A stretch of 64,000 nucleotides of DNA from Verrucomicrobiota bacterium (GCA_039796295.1 JBDKJY010000034.1:4325-68324), one strand, 5' to 3'. Shown: positions 17,431 through 24,562, counted from the first letter of the stretch. The notes: generated by a model from the letters alone, not told the origin. A program made the numbers and translations.

Positions 17431-17727
17431 ATGCACGAAGCCCGTGCGGCACTGCTGGCCGTTCAGCTTGGCGAGGCCAACGCCCGCATTGCCCAGCTCG
17501 AAGACGAGCTGACCGTCTCGAGAGATGACGCGCTGGAAATCGCGACGAACGCGAAGCCCGACGTGAAAATCGACACCGGCGACAAGCTCACCAACAACGG
17601 GCCGGGAACCATCAAGACCAAAGACCCGGCAGGGGACGCCGCTCTCGGCACCGGCCTGGCCATCCTCTCGGCAGTCCTCGGAGTGGTCGGTTTGATCGCG
17701 GTTTTTTGGCGACGGAAAGGCAAATGA
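17431..17727 (+). CDS. Small tail-anchored membrane protein with N-terminal coiled coil
   Basis: 98 aa. Ends ..LGTGLAILSAVLGVVGLIAVFWRRKGK. Confidence 0.55.
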   Translation: MHEARAALLAVQLGEANARIAQLEDELTVSRDDALEIATNAKPDVKIDTGDKLTNNGPGTIKTKDPAGDAALGTGLAILSAVLGVVGLIAVFWRRKGK

Positions 17728-17730
17728 CCT

Positions 17731-17988
17731 ATGGCATTATTCGACCTGTTCAGCAGTCGCAAAACGACTGCCCAAACCAACACGACGACCGCAGTTGACT
17801 CCTACAACCGCGCCTTCAACAGCGTGCGCAATACGGCGGACTCCAATAACATGAATATCATCGTCGGGGCCGCCGCGGACCCGTTCACGAAGTCCGGCGA
17901 CTCCGTTCAAAAGACCGCCCTGCAAGCCGCTGGCGTGGTGTTAGTCGCAGCAGCCATCGCGTGGGCTTACTCCGGGAGGGGCAAATAG
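17731..17988 (+). CDS. Small tail-anchored membrane protein
   Basis: 85 aa. Ends ..LQAAGVVLVAAAIAWAYSGRGK. Confidence 0.5.
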   Translation: MALFDLFSSRKTTAQTNTTTAVDSYNRAFNSVRNTADSNNMNIIVGAAADPFTKSGDSVQKTALQAAGVVLVAAAIAWAYSGRGK

Positions 17989-17989
17989 T

Positions 17990-18139
17990 ATGTCTGCAAA
18001 TACTTCCATGATTGACATCGCCGACGACGGGGGAGACCTCATCATTAACCCCGAGAGCCAGATCGGCCTTTATGTGACGATCGTCGCGCTGGCCGCGCTG
18101 GTGGCATGGCTCCTCTTGAGCAAGAAAGGGAACTCCTGA
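17990..18139 (+). CDS. 49-aa tail-anchored membrane protein (below the ORF-track cutoff)
   Basis: Hand translation: MSANTSMIDIADDGGDLIINPESQIGLYVTIVALAALVAWLLLSKKGNS*. Starts 2 nt after the previous stop. Confidence 0.45.
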   Translation: MSANTSMIDIADDGGDLIINPESQIGLYVTIVALAALVAWLLLSKKGNS

Positions 18140-18142
18140 CCT

Positions 18143-18355
18143 ATGGCCTATGCTGACGTAAGCCTGCAATCGACGGACATTGCTAAAACCTCCACCGGCC
18201 CCGTGTCCCTCGGGGGCACGCGCGGCGGCGGCATGGAGTTCAACTTCGGCGGGATCAATGACTCCCCCACGGGCAAATGGCTTTGGATCGGACTCGCCAT
18301 CGCCCTCACCGGCGGCTTGGCGCTCTTCTACTTCAACCGAAAGAAATCCAAGTGA
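18143..18355 (+). CDS. Small tail-anchored membrane protein
   Basis: 70 aa. Ends ..GKWLWIGLAIALTGGLALFYFNRKKSK. Confidence 0.55.
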   Translation: MAYADVSLQSTDIAKTSTGPVSLGGTRGGGMEFNFGGINDSPTGKWLWIGLAIALTGGLALFYFNRKKSK

Positions 18356-18939
18356 ACTACCGCAACACTCTCCAATCCAAGTCTCAGACCCTCGCCGCCG
18401 GTGCGCGCGTGGAACTGGAAATCGGCGTCGCGGACTTCCTCTACTTTGAGACGTTCCCCTCTGGCTTGAAGGCCGGGTGGAACTCCGCGCACCCCGGCTC
18501 CGTCCCGGCTGGCACCGTGAAGAGTGGCCCGCCCGGAGCGGGCAACTTCCGGCGGCTGGAAATCGTGAACGCCTCCGCCGGGAGCCTCACCTTCGGCCTC
18601 TACTACGGGCAAGGCAGCTTCGCCGTAGCTGGCAGCGCTGGCAGTAGCGGCGGTGGCTCTAGCCTTGTCGCGGCTGAACTGATCTCAGGGCGACGCCCCC
18701 GCATCGCTGCCCTCGCCGCTGGGGAATCACTCACCGTTGCCGGGGCGCGGTATCTCGACGTGTTCAACAAATCCACGACCGCCAACCTCACGTTGACCGT
18801 GAGCGGGCAACCGGCCTACACCCTCGGACCGCGCGAGGGCGTCCCCTTCCCCCTGCTTTCCCCGTCCGAAGGTGCCTATAGCTCTGTGCTCGTCGAGTGC
18901 CCGGCGGGCGGTTCCGGCGTCGTCGCCTACGTGCTATGA
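18352..18939 (+). CDS. Beta-rich 195-aa protein with two similar halves; candidate vertex/penton protein
   Basis: GTG at 18352 overlaps the preceding TGA (GTGA). Contains VNYRNTLQSKSQTLAAGARVELEIGVADFLYFETF.., ..LEIVNASAGSLTFGLYYG.. and ..TTANLTLTVSGQPAYTL.. Confidence 0.5.
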   Translation: MNYRNTLQSKSQTLAAGARVELEIGVADFLYFETFPSGLKAGWNSAHPGSVPAGTVKSGPPGAGNFRRLEIVNASAGSLTFGLYYGQGSFAVAGSAGSSGGGSSLVAAELISGRRPRIAALAAGESLTVAGARYLDVFNKSTTANLTLTVSGQPAYTLGPREGVPFPLLSPSEGAYSSVLVECPAGGSGVVAYVL

Positions 18940-19778
18940 GATTCCCCGTCTCCCTCGCCGATGTGACCGGCCTTCAAGCGGGCTTGGACGCCCGGCTCCT
19001 TTCCGCGTCCAACCTCTCCGACCTCGCATCCGCTGCCACCGCCCGCGCCAACCTCGGAATTGGAACCGGCTTTGCCACCTTCCTCCCGACCGACATCGCG
19101 GGCCTCACGCAATGGCTCGACGCGGGCCGGATGTTTGGCGTCGCCGACGGAGCAGCCGTGACGAGCTGGCGGGACATGAGCGGCAACGCGCGCGACTACT
19201 CGCAGGCCACGACCGCGAAGAAGCCCACCCGGCAACTGAACATCCAGAACGGCCTTCCCGGCGTGCTCTTCGACGGCGTGGACGATTACCTTGACGGCGC
19301 GGCGGTGAGTGCCACGCACACCGTGGGGGCCTTCTCTGACTTCGTGGTGTTCAAGCCGCGCGTGCTCAACAACGCCACCGGCAGCTATACCGGCGAAAGC
19401 GTCTTGACCACCGCGTCCGGCGGCAACTGGGGCCTCACCGTGAAGAGCGATTTGACTTTTGACGCCTACCATTGGGATGGCAGCTACGACCTCCTTACCG
19501 TTGCGGGCGTCATCGGGGAAAACGTCGCCAGCCTCGTGGAACTCCACCACGACACCGGCAACTTGATCGTGCGCGCCAATGACTCGCCAGACCTGACCGT
19601 TGCCAGCGGCAACAGCGGGTCCAACTCGGAGACCAACCGCATCGGCGCGCGCTACAACGTCAACGGCGGCTTCTTTGACGGCTGGATCATGGAGCGTTGC
19701 ACTTGGAACCGTGCCCTCACTTGGGCGGAGCGCACCAAGGTAATGGGCTACCTCCGCGCCAAGTATAACACCCCCTGA
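18936..19778 (+). CDS. Spike/receptor-binding protein: fibre-type N-terminal motif plus LamG (concanavalin-like) domain
   Basis: ATGA overlap. SNLSDLASAATARANLGIG matches a motif common in phage fibre N-termini. GVLFDGVDDYL is typical of Laminin_G_3 domains. Confidence 0.6.
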   Translation: MRFPVSLADVTGLQAGLDARLLSASNLSDLASAATARANLGIGTGFATFLPTDIAGLTQWLDAGRMFGVADGAAVTSWRDMSGNARDYSQATTAKKPTRQLNIQNGLPGVLFDGVDDYLDGAAVSATHTVGAFSDFVVFKPRVLNNATGSYTGESVLTTASGGNWGLTVKSDLTFDAYHWDGSYDLLTVAGVIGENVASLVELHHDTGNLIVRANDSPDLTVASGNSGSNSETNRIGARYNVNGGFFDGWIMERCTWNRALTWAERTKVMGYLRAKYNTP

Positions 19779-19781
19779 ACC

Positions 19782-20084
19782 ATGCGCGCCCTCATCCTGA
19801 TCCCCGCCGCCGTCCGCGACGCCGCGAACACTGCCGCCGCGAGCTTTGACCCCGCTGGCGGGGGCCAGACCTTCACCGTCCCGCTCTTCGCCGCCGGCAC
19901 GGACACCATCGCCGCCTACTGGTGTTCTACTGAAATGAGCGAGGAAGTGTTTGACCAGGTGCAAACCCTCCAGACCGCCTTCCCCGGCTCTGTGGTTGAG
20001 CGCTGGGACCCCGACGTTTCGCCCCGTCGCCCCGGCTCGTTGCTCGCCGAACACGGCTTGACCGCTGAACCCGCCACGCCATGA
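19782..20084 (+). CDS. Hypothetical late protein
   Basis: 100 aa, in the operon. Confidence 0.45.
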   Translation: MRALILIPAAVRDAANTAAASFDPAGGGQTFTVPLFAAGTDTIAAYWCSTEMSEEVFDQVQTLQTAFPGSVVERWDPDVSPRRPGSLLAEHGLTAEPATP

Positions 20085-20524
20085 ACCGGCTCACCCTCCC
20101 CACCGGGCGCACCATCCCGCTCGAATACCTCACCTTTGACGCGGCCAGCCAGCACGCCTACTACGGCTCACTCGACGTCACCGAGTATATGACCCGCGCC
20201 CAGATCCAAGCCGTTGGCGGCAGCGCCTTCGACGTGGAACAAGCCAACCGCGAAGCCAGTGACGCGGCGCGCATCGCCCGGGGCCTCGCGCCCTACGAAG
20301 ACCCGCCCCAGATCACGCCCTGGGAAGTCCTCACGAACACCGCGCGCGGCATCGGCAACGACGTGGCCACCGCCGCGCAAGGTGTGCGGGACTTCGTGGG
20401 CATCGGCCCCGAGAACGCGGGCAAACACTCCCCGCTCTTCTGGTTTGCCATCGTGGCGGGTCTGGGCTGGATTGCCTACCAGCTGGGCGTCTTCGTGTGG
20501 CTACGGAAGAAACTCACCGCATGA
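20081..20524 (+). CDS. Tail-anchored membrane protein
   Basis: 147 aa with ATGA overlap. Ends ..SPLFWFAIVAGLGWIAYQLGVFVWLRKKLTA. Confidence 0.5.
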   Translation: MNRLTLPTGRTIPLEYLTFDAASQHAYYGSLDVTEYMTRAQIQAVGGSAFDVEQANREASDAARIARGLAPYEDPPQITPWEVLTNTARGIGNDVATAAQGVRDFVGIGPENAGKHSPLFWFAIVAGLGWIAYQLGVFVWLRKKLTA

Positions 20525-20694
20525 AGGAAACCGAAATGGGAGAGCGCATCGTGCGGCTCGAAACCGACCACGGCAACACGGTGGGATGGCTCAAGGACAT
20601 TGCCGACCGCCTCAAATACGTGGAGAGGCAAGTCTGGTTCGCCGTCGGCCTCCTTACCGCCCTTCAGCTCTTCCTGAAGTTCTACAAGCCATGA
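20521..20694 (+). CDS. Small tail-anchored membrane protein (holin-like size)
   Basis: ATGA overlap: MKETEMGERIVRLETDHGNTVGWLKDIADRLKYVERQVWFAVGLLTALQLFLKFYKP. Confidence 0.45.
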   Translation: MKETEMGERIVRLETDHGNTVGWLKDIADRLKYVERQVWFAVGLLTALQLFLKFYKP

Positions 20695-21710
20695 CCGCCC
20701 GCTGCCTCCTTGCCTTGATCGTCTCCCTGTGGCTCTGCGCCTGTGCGCAGCCGGAGAAGCCCGCCGCCAAGCCCACCCCCGCCCGTGCTGCACCCTCGCT
20801 GCCGCTGGCGATTGCGTCCGCGAACACCAACGCCGCCGCCGCCCTGGACAAGTCACACCAGCTCGCCGCCACCGCCGCCGCCAGTGTCGCCGCCGTCCGC
20901 GACGCCAACACCAACCAGCCCGCCGGCGTCGCCACCGACTTCATCGCCGACGAAACCGCCCTCGCCCTGGACAGTCTCCCCGCGCCCAGCCCCACCGCCG
21001 CCCTTGCTGCCGAGCAACGCCGCGCCGCCGCCTTCGCCGGGCAACGCGACGAAGCCCGCCGCCTCTACACCGAAGCCAAGGCCAGCGCAGCTGCGTCACA
21101 GACCGAAGCCCGCGCTGCCGCCCTCCGCGCTGCCGACAGCGCCGCCGCCCTTGTCGCTGCCGAGCGCACGCACGCCGCCGAGCTAGAGCGCAACCGCGCC
21201 GCGAACCAAGCCGCCTTGGACGCCGCCTTGCGCGCCGCCGACGAAGCCGCCCAGAAGGCCCGCGACGCGCAGCACAAAGTCATCTTCCGCAGTTTGGTCG
21301 GACTGGGCCTCGCCTGTCTGGCCGGGGCCATCGCGCTCGCTGTTGTCACGAGTGGCGCGATGGTCCTCAAAGCTCTCATGCTGGCCGGGGGCGGTGCCCT
21401 CTGCCTCGCCCTGGCGCAGTTGGTGGCCCATCCGTGGTTTGATCGCGTCTGCGGCATCGGCCTCGCCTTGGCCGCGCTGGGCGCTGCCGCATGGCTCTGG
21501 TTTGAACGCAAGTCCGCCGCCACCGCCGCCACCGCCACCAAGCTCGTCACCACCTTGGAAGAGCAACGCGTCTGCCTCACCCCGGACGGACGCCCCACGC
21601 CCCTGGGCAGTGCCTTGAGCCGCGCGATGGACACCGCCGACAAAGCCGTCGTGAAAGGCCTCCGCCGCGCCGCGAAGATCACCGCCGCCCGCGCCGCCCC
21701 CGCTGGCTAA
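20691..21710 (+). CDS. Lipoprotein-leader, Ala-rich coiled-coil protein with a C-terminal multi-TM block
   Basis: ATGA overlap. MTARCLLALIVSLWLCACAQ.., then a long Ala-rich helix, then ..FRSLVGLGLACLAGAIALAVV..LMLAGGGALCLALAQLV..IGLALAALGAAAWLWF. This is the internal start of track ORF 20214..21710. Confidence 0.55.
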   Translation: MTARCLLALIVSLWLCACAQPEKPAAKPTPARAAPSLPLAIASANTNAAAALDKSHQLAATAAASVAAVRDANTNQPAGVATDFIADETALALDSLPAPSPTAALAAEQRRAAAFAGQRDEARRLYTEAKASAAASQTEARAAALRAADSAAALVAAERTHAAELERNRAANQAALDAALRAADEAAQKARDAQHKVIFRSLVGLGLACLAGAIALAVVTSGAMVLKALMLAGGGALCLALAQLVAHPWFDRVCGIGLALAALGAAAWLWFERKSAATAATATKLVTTLEEQRVCLTPDGRPTPLGSALSRAMDTADKAVVKGLRRAAKITAARAAPAG

Positions 21711-21771
21711 CCCCACCTCCCCCGCGCGACTCATTACCGCGCGGCTCCTCACAGTCTTCGTCACAGTTCTC

Positions 21772-21812
21772 CCCCGCCCGCCTTGGTCACAAGACGGGCG
21801 GGGTTTTGCTTT
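21772..21812. terminator. Bidirectional terminator between the late operon and the integrase
   Basis: ccccgcccg-(14 nt)-cgggcgggg followed by TTTTGCTTT. The flanking genes converge. Confidence 0.65.
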
Positions 21813-21818
21813 CCTACC

Positions 21819-22712
21819 TCAACTCTCCACCCGCCAAAACTCCGCGCACTCCGCCTCCTTCACCGGCTGGTGATAGTGCGAAAGCAGGATGGCCGAAGAG
21901 TTCCCTAGCATCGTCGCCACCTTCCCCGCGTCACCGTGCAACGCCAGCAAGTAACTCGCCGCCGTGTGCCGGAGCAGGTCCGACGGCCAGCCCGTCAACC
22001 CCAAGGCCCGCGCCGCGACACGCTTGAACCGGCGCACCGTCGAATTGCTGGGCGACACCTTCCCCGAGCGCAGCGGACACGCCGCCAGCAAGGCCACCGC
22101 CTTCGCGTGCAACGGCACGATGCGCCGCCGCCGCGTCTTCGCCTCGCTCACCGTCAACGTCTTCGTTTCCAAGCACACTTGCCGCCAATCCAGTTTCAGC
22201 AGCTCCGCCGGGCGCACCCCCACGAACAAGCCGAGGATCACGTAAGGCCGCAACACCGTCGGCGCGAGCTTCAGTAGCGCCTGTGCTTGCGCCGGCGAGA
22301 GCACGAACGGCGCAACCCGGTCAATCGTCACACGCTCCAAGCGGTCGCAGGGATTCTTGGCGAGGTAGTCACGGCGCACGCAGAAGGCGAAGAGCGTCGA
22401 GACACGGTTCAGCCAAGTCGCCCGCGAGTTGGGATTCTTGAACTGGGCAAGGAACTCCTCCACCTCCGCCGTCGTCACCGTGTCCACCGTGCGCCCCTCG
22501 CGCCCCTTGGCGAACCGGGCGAGATACCCGGCGAGCGACTTCAAGTAAACGGGCCGCAGATTCGCCGCCCGCTTCGCTTCAAGCAGCCGCGCGATCGCGA
22601 CTTCCAACGGCACGGCGTCGCCGAAGCCGGCCAGTGTCGGGTGACACTGGCGATACCGCTGCGAAAGCTCCGAAAGCAGACACCGCTTGAACTCCTGGCA
22701 CTGGGGGAACAT
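21819..22712 (-). CDS. Tyrosine recombinase/integrase
   Basis: 297 aa. Catalytic pattern ..GVRPAEL.. (R), LLRHTAAS (HxxR), GNSSAILLSHY (H..Y). Adjacent to attR. Confidence 0.9.
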   Translation of the reverse strand: MFPQCQEFKRCLLSELSQRYRQCHPTLAGFGDAVPLEVAIARLLEAKRAANLRPVYLKSLAGYLARFAKGREGRTVDTVTTAEVEEFLAQFKNPNSRATWLNRVSTLFAFCVRRDYLAKNPCDRLERVTIDRVAPFVLSPAQAQALLKLAPTVLRPYVILGLFVGVRPAELLKLDWRQVCLETKTLTVSEAKTRRRRIVPLHAKAVALLAACPLRSGKVSPSNSTVRRFKRVAARALGLTGWPSDLLRHTAASYLLALHGDAGKVATMLGNSSAILLSHYHQPVKEAECAEFWRVES

Positions 22713-22773
22713 GGACTTTTACTACCAGTCCCGCCGACGAAGGAACAGCGGTCAAGGCCAGAGCTGCGGGGGC

Positions 22774-22824
22774 TGGTGCGTGGTGGAGGGATCGAACCTC
22801 CGACCTATACCGTGTCAACGTAGG
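22774..22824 (-). other. Inverted, diverged 3' half of a different tRNA-Val(GAC) gene (fragment)
   Basis: Its reverse complement, cctacgttgacacggtataggtcggaggttcgatccctccaccacgcacca, aligns to the host tRNA 3' half with about 7 mismatches. These include compensatory T-stem changes (GGAGG/CCTCC against GCAGG/CCTGC). Confidence 0.75.
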
Positions 22825-22832
22825 GGCCAACT

Positions 22833-22878
22833 TTGACACGGTAGGGGTCGCAGGTTCGAACCCTGCACCGCGCACCAT
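22833..22878 (+). repeat. attR core (duplicate of the tRNA-Val 3' half)
   Basis: Identical to 8591..8636. Confidence 0.9.
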
Positions 22879-23259
22879 TTTCAAAGCCTTCTCCAGTTGC
22901 CGGGCCTTCTCCTGCATCACCGCCTCAAAGCGCTCCTCTAGCACTTGATTGATGATGGCCGACACGTTCAGGCCAATGCACTGCGCTAATTCGATGCGCG
23001 CGAGGTTCGGTCGCGCAATTGGTGAACGCGCACTTGCTGACGGTGGAGAAGTCAAAAGCCGGGAGTCAGAAGTCAGAAGGTGCGAAGACCTGAACCACCG
23101 AGGCACAGGCGCACAGAGGCAGTGCTTTAAACTTTCAGCTTTCAACTCCTCTGCGCTCTCTGTGCCTCGGTGGTTAAAAGCCCATGCCTGATTGGACCCT
23201 GCAACCCGACTGCACCCCGCCGTGTATTAGCCGGGCAGTCGGCGGACAACCCCCGCCTC
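22879..23259. mobile_element. Decayed relic of a second, related element (tandem to the intact one)
   Basis: A truncated RHH homologue (..IELAQCIGLNVSAIINQVLEERFEAVMQEKARQLEKALKMVRGAGFEPATP) reads into attR. 23021..23072 matches 14169..14259 with an internal deletion. 23184.. (MPDWTLQPDC) matches the ATPase start at 14288 (MPDWSLSPHC). 23222..23259 matches 15861..15900. Confidence 0.75.
23093..23174. repeat. REP-like long imperfect hairpin inserted in the relic
   Basis: aaccaccgaggcacaggcgcacagagg .. AT-rich loop .. cctctgcgctctctgtgcctcggtggtt. A related ccacagaggcac/tgttcatcgtg palindrome lies at about 30633..30690. Confidence 0.7.
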
Positions 23260-23340
23260 ACCCTTCACCCGCTACTCGCTCATAGAACGTTGGGCGTCGT
23301 TGTCAGTTTCTTTGTTCTCTCTCCTCTGCTGGTCGACCGT

Positions 23341-24504
23341 TCACACAGACTTCAGCGCCGCTATCACGGGGAGGCGGGAGGCGCGGAGGGCGGGGAGGAG
23401 GCTTCCGATGACGCCGACGACCACGGCGAAGAGCATTCCCTTGGCTGCCAGCCAGGGGGTGATTTGAAATTGAAAGACGGTTTCGGAAAAGGATTCGAAG
23501 CTGATGGTTCCGGTGGAGTAGCCGTGCATCGGGAGGGCGAGGAGGCAGCCTAGCACGCCGCCGAGGAGGGCCAGGAAGGCACCTTCGAGCAGAAATCCGG
23601 CGAGGATGCTGCGTCGCCGATAGCCGAGGACTCGTAATGTGCCGATCTCCCGCGTCCGCGCGCCGACGCTCGCATACATTGTGTTCATGGCGGCGAACAC
23701 CGCGCCGATGGACATGGCGGTGGCGAGGAAGTTGCCGAGTATTTTAATGGGCACGGCGGTCATCGTCTGCGAGGCGTAGTAGGCGGTTTCCTGGATGGCG
23801 CGCAACGGGAGGCGTTTCTCGGCTTCGAGACGGTCGCTGAGGGATTTCGCAGCCGCGTCGTCGCGGGCGCGGACGAGGACGCTGGAAAAATAGTCGCGGT
23901 CGAAGATGCTGCGGCACTCGTCGGCGTCCATCCACAGCTCGGAGTCGAACGCGCTGCTGCCGCCGTCGGTCAGTCCGACGACGGTGAGGTCTCTTCCGGC
24001 GGAGCGGAAGGTCCCGCCGATCTCAAGGTTCGCAAAGCGGCGGGCCAGGCGGCGGCTGGCGACGACTTCGCGTTTCCCCGGGGTGAACCAGCGGCCTTCG
24101 ACGAGGGTGACTTGGGGTCGTAGTTGCATGCCGACGGGGGAGATGCCGCGCACGAGGATGTTGGCTTCGCCATTGTGGTCGCGCCGGGGGAGGTTGATGA
24201 GAACTAGGACGTCGGCGGTGAGGAGCACGCGGTCGGTGGCGTCGCGCGCGATCTCTTCCCAGTATTGCATGAGGCGGACTTGCTCGCGGGTGATCTGGCT
24301 GCTGGATTCGGCGGTGGAGCCTTTGCGCACGATCATGACGTTGCGGGGGTCGCCGGTGTTGCCGCTGGATTTTTCAAGGCCGACGGCGAGGGCTTGGAGG
24401 AGGACGTAAACTGCGACGAGGAGGGCGACGCCTAGGATGGTGGCGAGGGTGGAACGCCAGCGGACGAGGACGTTGCGGATGTTGTATTTGAGGGGGAGGG
24501 CCAA
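23341..24504 (-). CDS. ABC transporter permease (FtsX/MacB-like)
   Basis: 387 aa. N-terminal TM, large periplasmic domain, C-terminal FtsX-type 3-TM bundle. Apparent TTG start. Confidence 0.85.
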   Translation of the reverse strand: MALPLKYNIRNVLVRWRSTLATILGVALLVAVYVLLQALAVGLEKSSGNTGDPRNVMIVRKGSTAESSSQITREQVRLMQYWEEIARDATDRVLLTADVLVLINLPRRDHNGEANILVRGISPVGMQLRPQVTLVEGRWFTPGKREVVASRRLARRFANLEIGGTFRSAGRDLTVVGLTDGGSSAFDSELWMDADECRSIFDRDYFSSVLVRARDDAAAKSLSDRLEAEKRLPLRAIQETAYYASQTMTAVPIKILGNFLATAMSIGAVFAAMNTMYASVGARTREIGTLRVLGYRRRSILAGFLLEGAFLALLGGVLGCLLALPMHGYSTGTISFESFSETVFQFQITPWLAAKGMLFAVVVGVIGSLLPALRASRLPVIAALKSV

Positions 24505-24511
24505 GGGGATG

Positions 24512-24532
24512 GTTCTGAGTTCTGAGTTGAAG
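24512..24532. repeat. Heptamer array GTTCTGA x2 (+GTTGAAG), 8 nt upstream of a TTG start
   Basis: gttctga gttctga gttgaag. Confidence 0.85.
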
Positions 24533-24562
24533 GCGGTGGTTCGAACGCGCTGGGTTGCTGGG

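Noticed and set aside
18927-20054. 375-aa minus-strand ORF inside the late operon (and similar ones at 20476..21764)
   Set aside because: These are antisense shadows of tightly coupled plus-strand genes, with Arg/Gly/Ala-rich composition.
13110-21710. Interpretation as an inovirus (filamentous phage)
   Set aside because: The small TM proteins with basic tails and a P-loop ATPase are compatible with an inovirus. However, the ATPase is short, has no TM or C-terminal domain, and has a HerA-like DEAH Walker B rather than a Zot/pI pattern. There is no rolling-circle Rep or ssDNA-binding candidate. Three sizeable beta-rich proteins (314, 195 and 280 aa) are unexplained in that model. It remains the main alternative, and is not fully excluded.
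20214-21710. 498-aa version of the last late gene
   Set aside because: The upstream 159 codons overlap two better-supported genes in another frame and are low-complexity. The ATGA-coupled start at 20691, with a lipoprotein leader, is preferred.
22579-23145. 188-aa minus-strand ORF spanning the relic, attR, the tRNA fragments and the integrase 5' end
   Set aside because: It is a read-through artefact. Only the central RHH-like segment is homologous to a real gene. The rest is translation of tRNA antisense, intergenic DNA and integrase antisense.
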